DNA of 64,000 nt from Amoebophrya sp. A120 (GCA_905178155.1 CAJINV010000003.1:4153253-4217252), one strand, 5' to 3'. Counted from the stretch's first letter, positions 35,657 to 46,945 are shown. Notes: a model not told the origin generated them from the sequence alone. Made by a program: numbers and translations.

Positions 35657-38041
35657 TCAAAGTGAAGTTGCTTCATCTTCTTGCAAGTTTGCCAGCACTT
35701 CTCGTGCGGTTGTGAGCCCGCTTTGGCAAGCAAGCTCGACACCACTTCCGACGAAGCCAGCACCTGCCAGGTAAATCCCAAGGTCACTCGCCGCTGCTGC
35801 GCAAAGGGCCCCTACTTTCTCGCGAAACTCAGAGTCCTGCGGCTGCGGAAGAGCCTCCGGCCACGAGGAAACTATGCTAGCAACGATTTCTGGGTGGAAG
35901 CTTGCGCTGTGTTCTGAGTCGGGTGTGGTGGCACTCCGACGGCGCGGGGAAACGGACGGGCACACTTTCCCTTTTTCCGCAAGTGCCTGAGAACGACCAG
36001 GCAAAATCGGCGCGAAAAAGCTCGCAATTCCGTGACGCAAACCCGCGCAACAAGCCGAACATTCGTAGGTGTCATCTTGTTCTCGGAAATTTTTTGTCAC
36101 TCCTCCCGCTGTTCCTTTATCTCCTGGCGCGCCACGGATTTGCTTCTGCTTGTGCTTCTGGTCATCCGCATGTCTGAGCAAGTCTACGAGAAACCGCTGA
36201 GCGGCTTGCGAGTAAAAGTCGTCCGAGGTCGTGGTTTTCGAACCAGTTGGTCTGAAATACACTCGGAAGACAATGTACCGGTCTTGGCCATCAGTATTTG
36301 CCTTGCGGCACTCCACGTGTTGGTGTTTTTCATGGCTGTTGGTTCGATTTGCATTTGTTGTTCGGGATGTTGTACCAGCCGCCACCGCCGAAGGTAAATC
36401 TTCACCTTCAGGCTTATTTCCGTGCTCGAACCCATGCTGCTGTTGGGGAAATTTTTCGGTGACAAAAGAACACGCACGGAATCCTAGCCGGGAAACTGCC
36501 TGCACAGAAGCAAGAAGCGAAGACGGGGCGCCAGTGATTGCAGCGGGCGGAGAGGACGAGGACGGGAATGAAGAACTACTGCTCTGTTCTTCGCTGTTTG
36601 TAGCCGTTTCGCTCGTGCATTCCTCCAGTAGGTCGGGCGCAATGGTGAGCCCGGAAACTTTGGGAAGCAACGACGAAACTTCCGCGTTTGTGTCTCTGAC
36701 GACTAGATTAACAGTCACGTTGCTGTTGGGGACAGGCCTTCTGCGGCGACAGTAGTCCAGCAAATCAGAAATACTCACCGTTGAGCTACTTTTTGCATCA
36801 TCTACATCATCGTATTGCGGGCCGTCTACCGCTGGTGCCTCTGTCAGTGCTGGTGCAGTAGGAGAGCCTTGCTTCACGACTTTATACCCGATTGCAGTCC
36901 TCCGTGGTGTGGACGATGTCGACGTTGAGGGAGTGCTTCTGCCGGTTAGCTGCAATGATCTCGGCGCGATGGGTGCCTTGCAGCTAGTACCCCCGCAAGA
37001 AGAACTGATTGTCGTTGCTGCATTGTCCAGCAAACCAGTCGCAGACTCAAATCCGCACGCCAGCACGACACGGTCGGCGGTGATTTCGTGCTCGCAGCAG
37101 CCCGTGCGGCCGTTGGTTTTGTAGTGCGTGCGATACTTTACCGCTACGCGCTTTTCCCTGGTCGATTGATCGCACTCGGTGCGGCGGATCACCCAAGATG
37201 GTTCTAGGTGCACGACGGAGGAAGCCTTGCACAGTTTCACTTGGTTCGTGCGCAGCAGCCAGGTCTCAAGTTTGTCTATGAAATATTGCATCCCTCCGCG
37301 AAAACTGCGCAGTCCCCGCCCGAGGTGCTTTTTGTCCACTCCGAAGCCTAACCGGCGCGCGGCCTCGCCCCGCGCGAGCACCTCGATCTCCAGGTTGTCG
37401 TGGCCGCCGTCCTTACTGCGTACCAGCTTGCCGGTTTCCACGACTTGTTGCGCAATCATCTCATCTTCCTCGATGCCGATCTCCCGCGCAATCCGCAAGA
37501 CGGCTTCGGACAGGTAAACGAAGCCCTCTGCTCCTTGCTCCAGCGGGATAATTGTAGTAGAGCAGCCATGGCCATCTTTTTCTTTCCCTGCTGCCTGGTG
37601 AAATGGGGACGACATAATTGCAGCTCGGCGATCGACACGACCAGCAGACGGAGATGATGAAGAACGACTGCAAGCGGAGCTCTCCTCGCTTGTTACTCCG
37701 ACAACTGGAGAGCTTGTCCTCCATTTTGCGGTTTTAATCTGCCCACCAAGACGCTCGGGATCGGCTTCTAGCATGACAATATGGGTCTTCTGATGCCCCC
37801 CGTGAAGATGTTCTTGTGGTCCGAGAGGTCGTGTGGTCCTCTCCGCAGGAGCAACGATTTTTCCACGATCGGCTATTATCTGCTCGTCGGCTTTCTCACT
37901 TTTCGTTCCTTGCCGTCCGGCGACGAGTTCGTAGGCGGTGGCCAGGCCCGCTATCCCTCCGCCAACAATCACGACCACAGGCTCGCGCCCTGCTGCAGCT
38001 GCAGTCGAGCTGTGAGTGCTCCTGTTCGACGGTAAGGGCAT
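35657..38041 (-). CDS. Protoporphyrinogen oxidase-like FAD-dependent oxidoreductase (HemY/PPOX type) with low-complexity insertions
   Basis: Single long ORF. It has the Rossmann motif VVIVGGGIAGLATAYEL, then LEADPERLGGQIKT, LEQGAEGF, SFRGGMQYFIDKL and ADRVVLA, and the C-terminal GIYLAGAGFVGSGVELACQSG. The start is taken as the first ATG (38041). Confidence 0.8.
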   Translation of the reverse strand: MPLPSNRSTHSSTAAAAGREPVVVIVGGGIAGLATAYELVAGRQGTKSEKADEQIIADRGKIVAPAERTTRPLGPQEHLHGGHQKTHIVMLEADPERLGGQIKTAKWRTSSPVVGVTSEESSACSRSSSSPSAGRVDRRAAIMSSPFHQAAGKEKDGHGCSTTIIPLEQGAEGFVYLSEAVLRIAREIGIEEDEMIAQQVVETGKLVRSKDGGHDNLEIEVLARGEAARRLGFGVDKKHLGRGLRSFRGGMQYFIDKLETWLLRTNQVKLCKASSVVHLEPSWVIRRTECDQSTREKRVAVKYRTHYKTNGRTGCCEHEITADRVVLACGFESATGLLDNAATTISSSCGGTSCKAPIAPRSLQLTGRSTPSTSTSSTPRRTAIGYKVVKQGSPTAPALTEAPAVDGPQYDDVDDAKSSSTVSISDLLDYCRRRRPVPNSNVTVNLVVRDTNAEVSSLLPKVSGLTIAPDLLEECTSETATNSEEQSSSSSFPSSSSPPAAITGAPSSLLASVQAVSRLGFRACSFVTEKFPQQQHGFEHGNKPEGEDLPSAVAAGTTSRTTNANRTNSHEKHQHVECRKANTDGQDRYIVFRVYFRPTGSKTTTSDDFYSQAAQRFLVDLLRHADDQKHKQKQIRGAPGDKGTAGGVTKNFREQDDTYECSACCAGLRHGIASFFAPILPGRSQALAEKGKVCPSVSPRRRSATTPDSEHSASFHPEIVASIVSSWPEALPQPQDSEFREKVGALCAAAASDLGIYLAGAGFVGSGVELACQSGLTTAREVLANLQEDEATSL

Positions 38042-39759
38042 GGTGATGGCCCGTCCGGCTCTCCTGGTTATTCTACTGTTGGGTCTTACAGCCCACAAAA
38101 AGACAAATCTAGATGCGCGGGGGCGGGTGGAGTGAGTACGAGTTTTCTACTACTGCAGCGCATTCTCTCTTTTTCTCAAGGTGCAATCTAAGTTCAAACA
38201 CCACCTTATCTCTGGACAAAGATGATGATAGACATAGAACTGGGTACGCACAACAATTTCTCCGCCAACTACAGGCGAACAACAACAGCAAGGATGCAGC
38301 ACCCAACGAAAATCCACAAGTGAATACAATTCAAATTCGCAATCCATCCTCTAAGTCGAAAAAATACGAAAAACCAGACCACCTACCAGATCGCACACCA
38401 TATGCAAGAAGCAAGATTTTTCCAGGGTGAAAAAATAATGTGCCAGAATGAAAGCTCATCTTTTTCAGCAAACTACACCCACCGGAACAGGACGATTTTC
38501 AAGCAAATTTTTCATGCTTGCCTTTCTCCTATCCTTCGAAAAAAGCTACGAGAACATGCTGGCGTCTTTGTTTGATTTTTTGTTTTTCTTTTTTTATTTG
38601 GAAAATCAACAATATCGGTTGCTTTCTGCCGATGCTTGTCGTAAAAAATCTGATGAAAATCAGAAATCGCAACACACTTCTGCGAAAAAAAAATAGGAAA
38701 GGCACATCTGAGCTGCTGTACAGGGGAGTCTATCTTATGTAGTTTTCATTGAGATTGTTTTGGATTGAAATGAAAAACTTGAAATTACACGTCGCATTCA
38801 GAAATAAGCCTGTCAGCAACAGACTATTGCGCATGCTCGGTGTAAATCAAATTCACGTTGAAATTCTGATGCCGAAACAGGCATCGTTCAAACGCGGACA
38901 AAATTGAAGTATTTTTTATGTAAAAAAGTAAAAGAAAAATGTAAAAAAATAATTGTAAAATACTGATAAGGGTGAAGCATGGCCAGAACTTGACTTCAAC
39001 TTCTCGTCCTCGATATCACTTCCATTTTCCATTTTTGGAGTCGCTATTTCGCCAACTTTCTCCTAACGTACAGACTGTAAATGAAACAATTTAAAGTTTT
39101 GTCATTAAACACGGCAGCAAGTTGAAAACCAAGTAGGGAACAAGAGAAAAATCGAACGTTTAGGTGGGCGTACTTAAGCGAAGCCGAAGCCGAAGTCCAG
39201 CATATCTGACAAAAAGAAAAAAATGAAAATCATAAAACATAAACCATGTTGTTTGATGCTTTCCTTATCCGATAGGAGAAAAAGTACTCGAGGTTGTAGA
39301 AACTAATTGGTAGATAAGGTGTTCATATGGAAAGAGGATAACAGGGTACCTATGGACAGCTTAGCTTTGTAAATTTTTCATTTGAAAATTCTGGACCGTC
39401 GCCGGTGCCGCGCATACTAAATGCCAAACTGCTACTTCAAAGCAGAGCCTACAAGATGATGTACCGCGACCATATTAGGTCGCGGCGTTCCATCTTGTAC
39501 AACGTCAGAAGACAAGTGTAGCACATAGTTCTGTAGAAAATAGCCTTGTGGCGCGTGGTATCGATTCATTGACTCGGTAAAAAAAGTTGTTCTATATCGT
39601 TTTCGTTGTGAAAAAAAGCGAAGAAAGCAAGCTCTCGAGATAAAAACATGTGGTATATTAGTAGTTGCGGCGGGTCGAGTCCGCTCTTTACTTAACTTCG
39701 TTAACCGTCGGCGAAGATGACAACCGAGACTGAAAGCAATGTCCTGATCATGTCCTTGC

Positions 39760-42700
39760 TTAATTCCAACTCACGTCCCATGTGGTAGAATCAGTGGTGG
39801 TAACGATCGGAATCGCAGGAGCGACGGCACAGCCCAACGCGACCCCAGCGCATGTGTTGTCGCAATCCACCCCCTCGTCCGCAAATGGCTGGTCACCGGG
39901 AGAGCCCGGGACACTGCCGCCACTCCTTCCTGTTGTCGATTTTGGTGCGATAGCGACCGGGATATCAAAATTAAACCATATGCGTAAGAAGTGATGCGGT
40001 TCCCGATATTTTTCGTCCCTGACCCTTTTCATCTTCCACTTTATCATTTTTTGATCAGTAAATTGTCGCCTTTAGCGAAACAAAACCAGCATAGTGCGCA
40101 CAGTACTAATTATATAAATTCACCTTTTAACGCGAGCGTGTCTGACATGGGAATGACGCGCAGAAGTACCTTGTTTGGAGGCACCAGCGGGCGCGGGGCT
40201 GTTTTTCAGGTCCAGCACTTGCTCCCCTGTCGGCATTGCCAGTGGGCCTTCTAAGGCCGTTGCCATTTCGTCCGTAATCGCTGGTGGACCCGGAATTTGG
40301 TTCGCGCTCTGTGAGGTTAGTTGCGTGGTACTTAACTAGCAAGAAGAAAGTGAACAGTGGCAGTGCTCCATTTTAGAATCTTCAAGTAGATCACTTTTCT
40401 CATGCTCTCCATGTGATGTCCATGAAAAGTTCTTGCGCAACCAGAACCATGTTGAAAAGCCATTTATGTTGTTTTACTTTTATCATTATTTTCGCAAAAC
40501 AGTGACTAAAAGGACTATCACTATGTGTAGAAACCTGGTCGAGATCCTCTGCCGCGGGGGGATCCGGGGGCGGCTCCTGCTCGTCCGGTTTAATATTCCC
40601 TGTGTCAAGTCCCGAGAGATCGAGCTGCCGGGCACCATCCCAGCAGTTCGGGCGCATCGGCGTAAACATCAAGCCGTTCACACTGCAGTCAGAGGTGTCA
40701 AAGAGATCCGAGTCCCCCAAGTACATGTTCCACTTCCGCGCCTGCCGCGTGCCCTGCTTCGGTTGGGACAACGACCCGCTCTGGTAACCGTACCCGCCAT
40801 AGCCAGACGCGTAGCCTGATGTGCAGCCACCCACGCTCTTGCCGTAGTACTGGTTCATCAATTTCCCGCCCTTGTTCCCACCCCCGTAGTAACTACCGCC
40901 GCCCTTGTTCGACGTCCCGTAGAAGCCGCCTTTGGAGCCCCCGGGGTTGTTGTAGCCATGGTACGCAGCTGCACCCTTACCAGCACCGCTCTTCCCCGGC
41001 GTCGAGCAAACCGTTGCACCGTTGCCGTTTTTCGAGGACGGCGGCAGACCGCCTTTGCACCCGTCGTACCACGGAGCGCGGTACCAGGAACTGAAAGTAG
41101 AGATGCAAGCGTTTTTGGTTACAGCGTCCTACTTCCTCCGACACCAGAAGCACCAACACAGAAGATAAATGTTGTGCCACTAATTGTCTTCAAATGATAG
41201 ATACGCTAGAAAATCGATGATAGTGATACAACACAAGAAGATCAGCATCGACCTGAATCCTAATCGAAAGACAAAAGTAGAAATGAAAATGAAAAAGAGT
41301 ACTCGTGATATTTGTGCTGCGTCATCCAGACCTGTCCTTCGTGGGACGGTGGGGAGTGCGAGACCGCCCGGCGGGTCTCCCGGTGCTTCTTCTTGGCGGA
41401 GGAACTCAAGACGACGTCCCGCTTTCGGTCGGCCTGCAAATCCTGAAACGTGGTGTAGTGCTGCTTCCAGCCCCGCTGCAGCGCGCGTTGCCGCCCGCCC
41501 TTGCCGTTGCCGGCGTCGTCCGCGAAAGCGGCCTTGCTCGTTGCAGATGCAGATCCCTTGCCGGCCTGCGCAACGTTGATGTTGTCCTCATCTTCGTCAT
41601 CCTCGGGAGGCGGCGGAGGCGGAGTTTCGTCCCCGTCATCGATCTCGTCCGCATGCGGACCGCCAAGGCCAGCTTTGCCCGCATCTGGTAGTTGCGGCAT
41701 AATTGAACATCTATTTCAATTTCAAATAAACAGTTGACCAGAACAAGATCCGGGTAATAAAACAGAGCATCAAAGAAAAACAGAAACGGCGAAAAGCAAT
41801 GCAAGGACAGTTCGGAACTAGAACGAGGACGAGACGCAGACTGCTTCTGCTACTTATTCGATTATAATTTCTGTCAGTACCCTTCTCTGTTGCGGGGCGC
41901 AACTTCGCCGCCCAGGAGGACGCGGTAGTGTTCTGGTCATCGTTGAAGGAGAGTTCGGAGGGCTGCAGCATGGTGGACAGGTCTTCGGTGACAGCGACCA
42001 CCTTTTCCTGCTGCTGCTCGTTGGGCAGACTGGGGAAATCTTCGAGCTTCGGCACGGTTGTCTTCTTCGCCTGTTCCAAACTCGGGTCGAAAAACGTCCG
42101 CGTCACTGTTGCAATTTTTTGATCAATGCAAAAAATTCTAGAGTCACTGCAGCATCTTCAAAATATTTCATTTTCAACAAACCAATGTGATCCAATGTCG
42201 AAATCGAATTAATTATCAGATCCAAACGCTCTTTATCCTTTTCTGATCGTTGTTGAGATGATAGTACTAAACATAGAGGAATAAAGTACCACCGCTCTTG
42301 CGGCGCTGCTTGTCCTTTGTCGAAGACTTCTGGTAAGATGTCGAATCGGCGTGGACGTTGGAATTTCTTCTGGAGTATGCATTGCAAATATGTCGGGGTC
42401 TGGTGGAAGGGTGGAACTTGTAATGCTAACTTTCCAGATACCATGGCTGATGGCACTTAGGATGAAGGGGGCAGTCCTCAACCAATACACATTGGGAGAG
42501 GGGACCCCAACCCCCTGGGGGTGAAGAATCGAGGGTGGCATTCTTAACTTTCCACACCTAGGAAATCTGTATTGCATAACCTACAATAGTCGCAGCCTCT
42601 TTTGTACATGCAAACGCGCAGTTTCTGATGCGGATTGTCCATGAGAAAGCGTTCTGGAAAGTTGTCATGCCAGGGCGCATTCGCGACTGTTTCCATCATT

Positions 42701-45700
42701 CACATTTTAGCATCACAAGTTTCCAGACCCAGGCATATTTGCATTTGATATCGAGCCGGGATTTTTGGCGCTCTCCTCGTTCCCGCCGTTGGACACCATC
42801 GACGGTCGCTTCTTCTTTTTCTGCGCACTCGGGCTGAGCTCGTTCAAAATGGTCTCCATCTGGCGAAGGATGTTCTTCTGCCGCTTCAATTCCTCCGCTG
42901 CCTGCCACTCCTTGCGCGCCTGCTCCACCTCTTCCACGAGGCCCGGCTTCTGCTTCAGCTTGTCCTTCTGCAACTCCTCCAGTTGCTCTCCCTTTTCAAT
43001 CCGCTCCTCGATCTTGCGGATTTGCAGGAGCTTCTTCTGCAACTTCAAGAAGTGCTGTTCCTCGGGCAACTTTGTGGTTTGCTTCTTCTCAGCACTGCTC
43101 CCAGCGGCGACCATACCACCTGGGGAAGAGAGGAAATGTGCTTTTTGCTTTTGAATATCTCAGTTGGAAGGGTTTGCATCTAGTTGTTTGACTCGCAAAG
43201 GCGCATACAAATAATATAATGACCGTTCCCATGATGCGGTTGACTGCGAATGCATCCAATATACAGCTAGTAAGCACCGAGGGGTACTACTAATGCCAAC
43301 TAAGCATCATCAAATCGAATATCGGACAAATAAATGAAAATTTTTCGCCGCGTGTACTTTTCTTGCTTTCCAGCTGCTTCTGCTTCTCACGTTCCGCTCG
43401 CCAGGTCTCCAACGCAGCAGCTTCGCGCTCCTGTCTGGCCTTCTCCCTGCGCTCCGCTTCCTCCTTTGCATCCACCACATTGGCGCTGTCGACGACGCCG
43501 TCACCCGATTTGGAAACTGGTAGTGTTGTCACAGTTTGGAGCGAATATTCGAACTTCTAGAATCAACGCTGCTCGTCAAGCCGTGCCATGATCATGCTGC
43601 ATCATCATCATGAGAAAGAACACGTCGAAAACGAAATATCGAATGATTTAACTCATCACATCTTGATGTTGATACGATAGGAGAACGTACACCAAAGTAT
43701 TATAGTAAGTACCAGTATCCAGATTTTTGCTCGTCACGAAACCGTCCTCGCAAAAGTCTCCCTCGCCCTCGATAACTTGATCGACCTGATGATGATGAAT
43801 TATAAAGGACGTCCAAGGAATCAAGTTGGTCAAATTGTTGGAATCAAGTTGGTAACTGGAATCAAGTTAAATGGAATCAAGTTGGGTTCTGGAATCAAGT
43901 TGACTGGAATCAAGTTGGGTCCTGGAATCAAGTTGCGTGGAATCAAGTTGGTCCCTGGAATCCCATTATGTGGGATCACATTGAATGTCCTGTTTCCCGT
44001 TTCCGCCAGAAGCACTGCCCATCATCCCCACTGCCAAACGTTATTCACCACGCACGGCCCGTCAGGGAGCCCGGCATGCCCAGGGCTCCCATGCGTAGCG
44101 CGCCTCTTCCAAAGGTGCGGAGAGCTCTCCTAGATCCCCCCGGGGCGGCAGGCATCTCCATCTGCTCTCCCGAGGAGAAAAAATAAAATTGCAGCCCTGC
44201 CGGCACCAGCGGAATTCAATTCCTGGCTTCACGGAAGGCAAAACCTCGGGTCTCCCCAGAAGGGAAGGCTCCATGCTTCGGGCCCCCCGCCTACCTTTAC
44301 AGAAGGCTGGCCCGCCTTCCGAGGACGGGCTATGCATGTTCCGGGGCCCCGGGGCGTGGATGTGACAAGGCCCCGGGACGAAAAAGAAAAAACCCGGGGC
44401 CCCCGGCGCAAAAACTGTAAGCACACGCGCGCAGCCTCCGACAGCGGCAAACTTGCGCGCCCCGAAACCGAATCCAAAACGCCTCGGCGAGCCCGGGCAC
44501 AGAAACACCCCGAACAGCCCATGTCGCGCAGGAGGTGTAAATAAGCTCGGGCCATTCATCAATCTGGAGTCGATGACGAAAGCTTCGCGCCAGCCAGGAA
44601 GTAAACAACTCAGAGTCCCTCGAGAGGCAACCAAGCTGCGGACCTTCCGCCGGGGAGAGACCCGCCAGAGCTTGCGAAGGCGAGACATCTGGGGCTGCCG
44701 AAGCCAAAGAAGCTTCGGGGCCTCCGAAGGTGAAGGCTTCGGCGCTTCCGAAGGTAAACGCCCCGCCGGATCTCCCCAAGGCGAAGGGGCCAAGGTTGGC
44801 AAATGCCAAACACCTGACTGAGGCAAAGCCTCGGCCCCTTAGAAGTGCTGCAGGCGGAAACCCCGGACACCGGGAAGACAAGATGGAACTCCCAGAGATG
44901 AGATCCCTGCCAATCCCCAAAGATTCCTTCCGAAGGGGGCGAAATAGAATCCCCGGAGAGACCTGCCGAAGGGCAAGGGAGGCGAAATGGAGGCCCCCGA
45001 GACACCTTCCACAGGAGGGCGAAAGGGAGTTCCCTGAGACCACCCTCCGCAGGAAGGCGAAACGGAATCCCCCGAGACTGACACCATCCCCAGGAAGGCG
45101 AAGTGGAAACGGAATCCCATGCGCAATGGGTCTCCCGAGAGGAGGCGAAACGGGAATGTAACTCCGAGAGGGACGGATGGATCTTCCGAGGGAAGGCGAA
45201 ATGAAGACGGAATTCCCAGAGACACACCCCTTCCGAGGGAAGGAGACACAAATGGAATCCCGGGAACTTCGCAAGGCGAAAGTGGAATCCCGTCCTCGCA
45301 AAAGTCTCCCTCGCCCTCGATAACTTGATCGACCTGAAAAGCAGAAGATATTTTTTGTGGGAATGACGAGCTTCTTTTTTAAGCGCCGCCGCGGCTCGGT
45401 CGAAACACAAACAGAAACATATTCTGAAGTCGAACCAGATTAGCACTTTCATATCCATTACCACGTCTTCCACTGCCTCCTCGTCCCAGAACTCTTTCAG
45501 CAGATCCTTGTCCTGCGCACTTTTGTTCTTCTTTTTCGCGGATCGCTTTTTCTTTTCCGTTGCAGATTCGACATCCTGAGCGGGGGTCGCCACCGCTGGT
45601 GCAGCGGCAGCACCAGAAACGACTACAGCCGGAGACGTTCCCGGTGTCTCCTGGCAGGAACTCTTGGCGGCTTTGTTTGATGCGGAGACGCCCCGCTTGG

Positions 45701-46927
45701 ACGTCTTGCCCTTAGCCGGAGACACATTCTTCTCGTCGAATGCCAGTTCTTGTCGTGCTCGCTCGCCAGCGCGACTCGCGGACCGCGACCGGGACACTGG
45801 TGTCAAGTCGGTTGTAGTCTTGTTGTCCGAGGCTCCAGCACCGTCGACCGATTTGACAGTCGTGGACGTCGAGAGGAGAACCTTCGTAGTTCCCGAGCTT
45901 TCCTGCTGCTTCTTCGCATATTCAACGACACGGGGATCCTCAAGGTCATCATCCTTACGGCCCTTGCGCGCACAGCGCTCCCGCAACTCGTGTTCCTGGG
46001 CCGGCAGCGGCTGCACCTTGTTGAGGTTTCGTTGTTTTGATTTTATTTCTATATTTTATCATAAAAATTAAGCGACCACATAGATGTAGAAGCCACTCGT
46101 CTGAACCTATCCATCGTTTTTATATCATGTTGGCTTTTTTATTTGTAATGTTATATACATCTACATTCACCTACTTGTACTTAGTTTATTTTTGCAGGAG
46201 CACGGTGATGCTGTACAAGTTGCGAAAAGCTGCAAGAGCAGTCAACGAAAGAAGAAGAACATACCTTCTCCGCCGTCGAACATGGTCCGATCGTTGAACT
46301 CTGCTGCTCCACCTCTAATCCATCAACACGCGTCTTCTTGCCAGTACTATCCGCTGCTTCCGGGGCCTTCTCTTGTTCGGTGTGCGTGGTCTGTTCTTGC
46401 AGTACTAGCAATTGTTGTTTCTTTGCGGCCTTCTTCTTTTCCTTGATCTGATCCATGCGCTTTGCCCACTCCTTGGCTTTGGTCAGTTTGTCTTTGTCAC
46501 CGCTTGTTTTCGAGGCTCCACGACCGAGCAGCATGTTTTTGCCACTCACAGCAGCACGGGCAACCGACGCAGAGAGTGAGGACGAGGCCGAAGAAAGCTT
46601 CCGCAGGAGGCTAACCTGCTCTACTCCTGCGTCCGGATGTTGATCTGCGTTCGATGTGGTACTATTAATGCAACCAGTAGTTGCAGCCTCACTTGCTCCA
46701 TCCTGACCTTGCTCCGGCACGGTAGTTGTACCAGGACCGGCACTGGAAGTAGTCGCAGGATTAGTTGCACCTTGTTCACGACCGACGGCAAGAACTCCGG
46801 TCTTCTGTCGTTTGTTCGCAGCAACCACCTCCACTCTGTCCGTCCACTGCACAAAGCGCCGATACACTTGGGCGACCCAGGCCACAGTGAGAAACACGAA
46901 GACCAGCTTTCGTGTGTCGGATTCCAT
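39760..46927 (-). CDS. Multi-exon protein of unknown function (N-terminal hydrophobic segment, coiled coil, Gly/Tyr-rich region); host of the 1.5-kb insert
   Basis: A phase-consistent GT-AG path links exons 46927-46265, 46016-45462, 43785-43713, ~43516-43358, 43119-42729, ~42557-42442, 42105-~41881, ~41684-41293, 41090-~40535, ~40335-40170 and ~39928-39760. It contains LKLQKKLLQIRKIEERIEKGEQLEELQKDKL (resembles the PYM/eIF2A C-terminal helical motif) and EDFPSL. Some internal boundaries are tentative. Confidence 0.6.
43742..43789 (+). repeat. 48-bp direct repeat, left copy
   Basis: ccgtcctcgcaaaagtctccctcgccctcgataacttgatcgacctga, identical to 45290-45337. Confidence 0.97.
43817..43982 (+). 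repeat. GGAATCAAGTT tandem array with alternating 18/15-nt period
   Basis: Perfect cores at 43817, 43840, 43858, 43873, 43891, 43906, 43924 and 43939; degenerate cores at 43957 and 43972. Confidence 0.95.
44930..45289 (+). repeat. Degenerate ~37-50 bp minisatellite (GGCGAAA-GGAATCCC-GAGAC-CTTCC-AGG)
   Basis: GGCGAA anchors near 44938, 44981, 45018, 45056, 45097, 45144, 45195 and 45275, with many indels between units. Confidence 0.8.
45290..45337 (+). repeat. 48-bp direct repeat, right copy
   Basis: Identical to 43742-43789. On the minus strand it reads TCAG|GTCGATCAA..., a splice acceptor plus 44 nt of exon. Confidence 0.97.
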
Positions 46928-46945
46928 CAGATCCAGCGCCAGGGT

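Larger units (their letters stand above)
43790..45289. mobile_element. 1,500-bp insertion flanked by a 48-bp duplication (putative non-autonomous element)
   Basis: Its composition is distinct from the flanks (GC-rich, repeat arrays at both ends). A short (TGA)n/(TCA)n tract abuts the left repeat. No transposase or reverse transcriptase was recognised. Confidence 0.65.

Noticed and set aside
26481-43785. Apparent systematic +1 frameshift at several exon joins (26686, 42728, ~42290, 43712)
   Set aside because: Each can be resolved by alternative canonical GT-AG sites in phase (donor 26666, exon ~42557-42442, acceptor ~43517), so no special mechanism is needed.
43817-43982. CRISPR-like repeat-spacer look of the GGAATCAAGTT array
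   Set aside because: Repeats are 11 nt and spacers 4-12 nt, far too short. The context is eukaryotic and no cas genes are present.
44062-45301. Long minus-strand ORFs within the insert and the C-terminal half of ORF 44610-46016
   Set aside because: These are translations of GC-rich repeat or intron sequence; no transposase, reverse transcriptase or other motif is recognisable.
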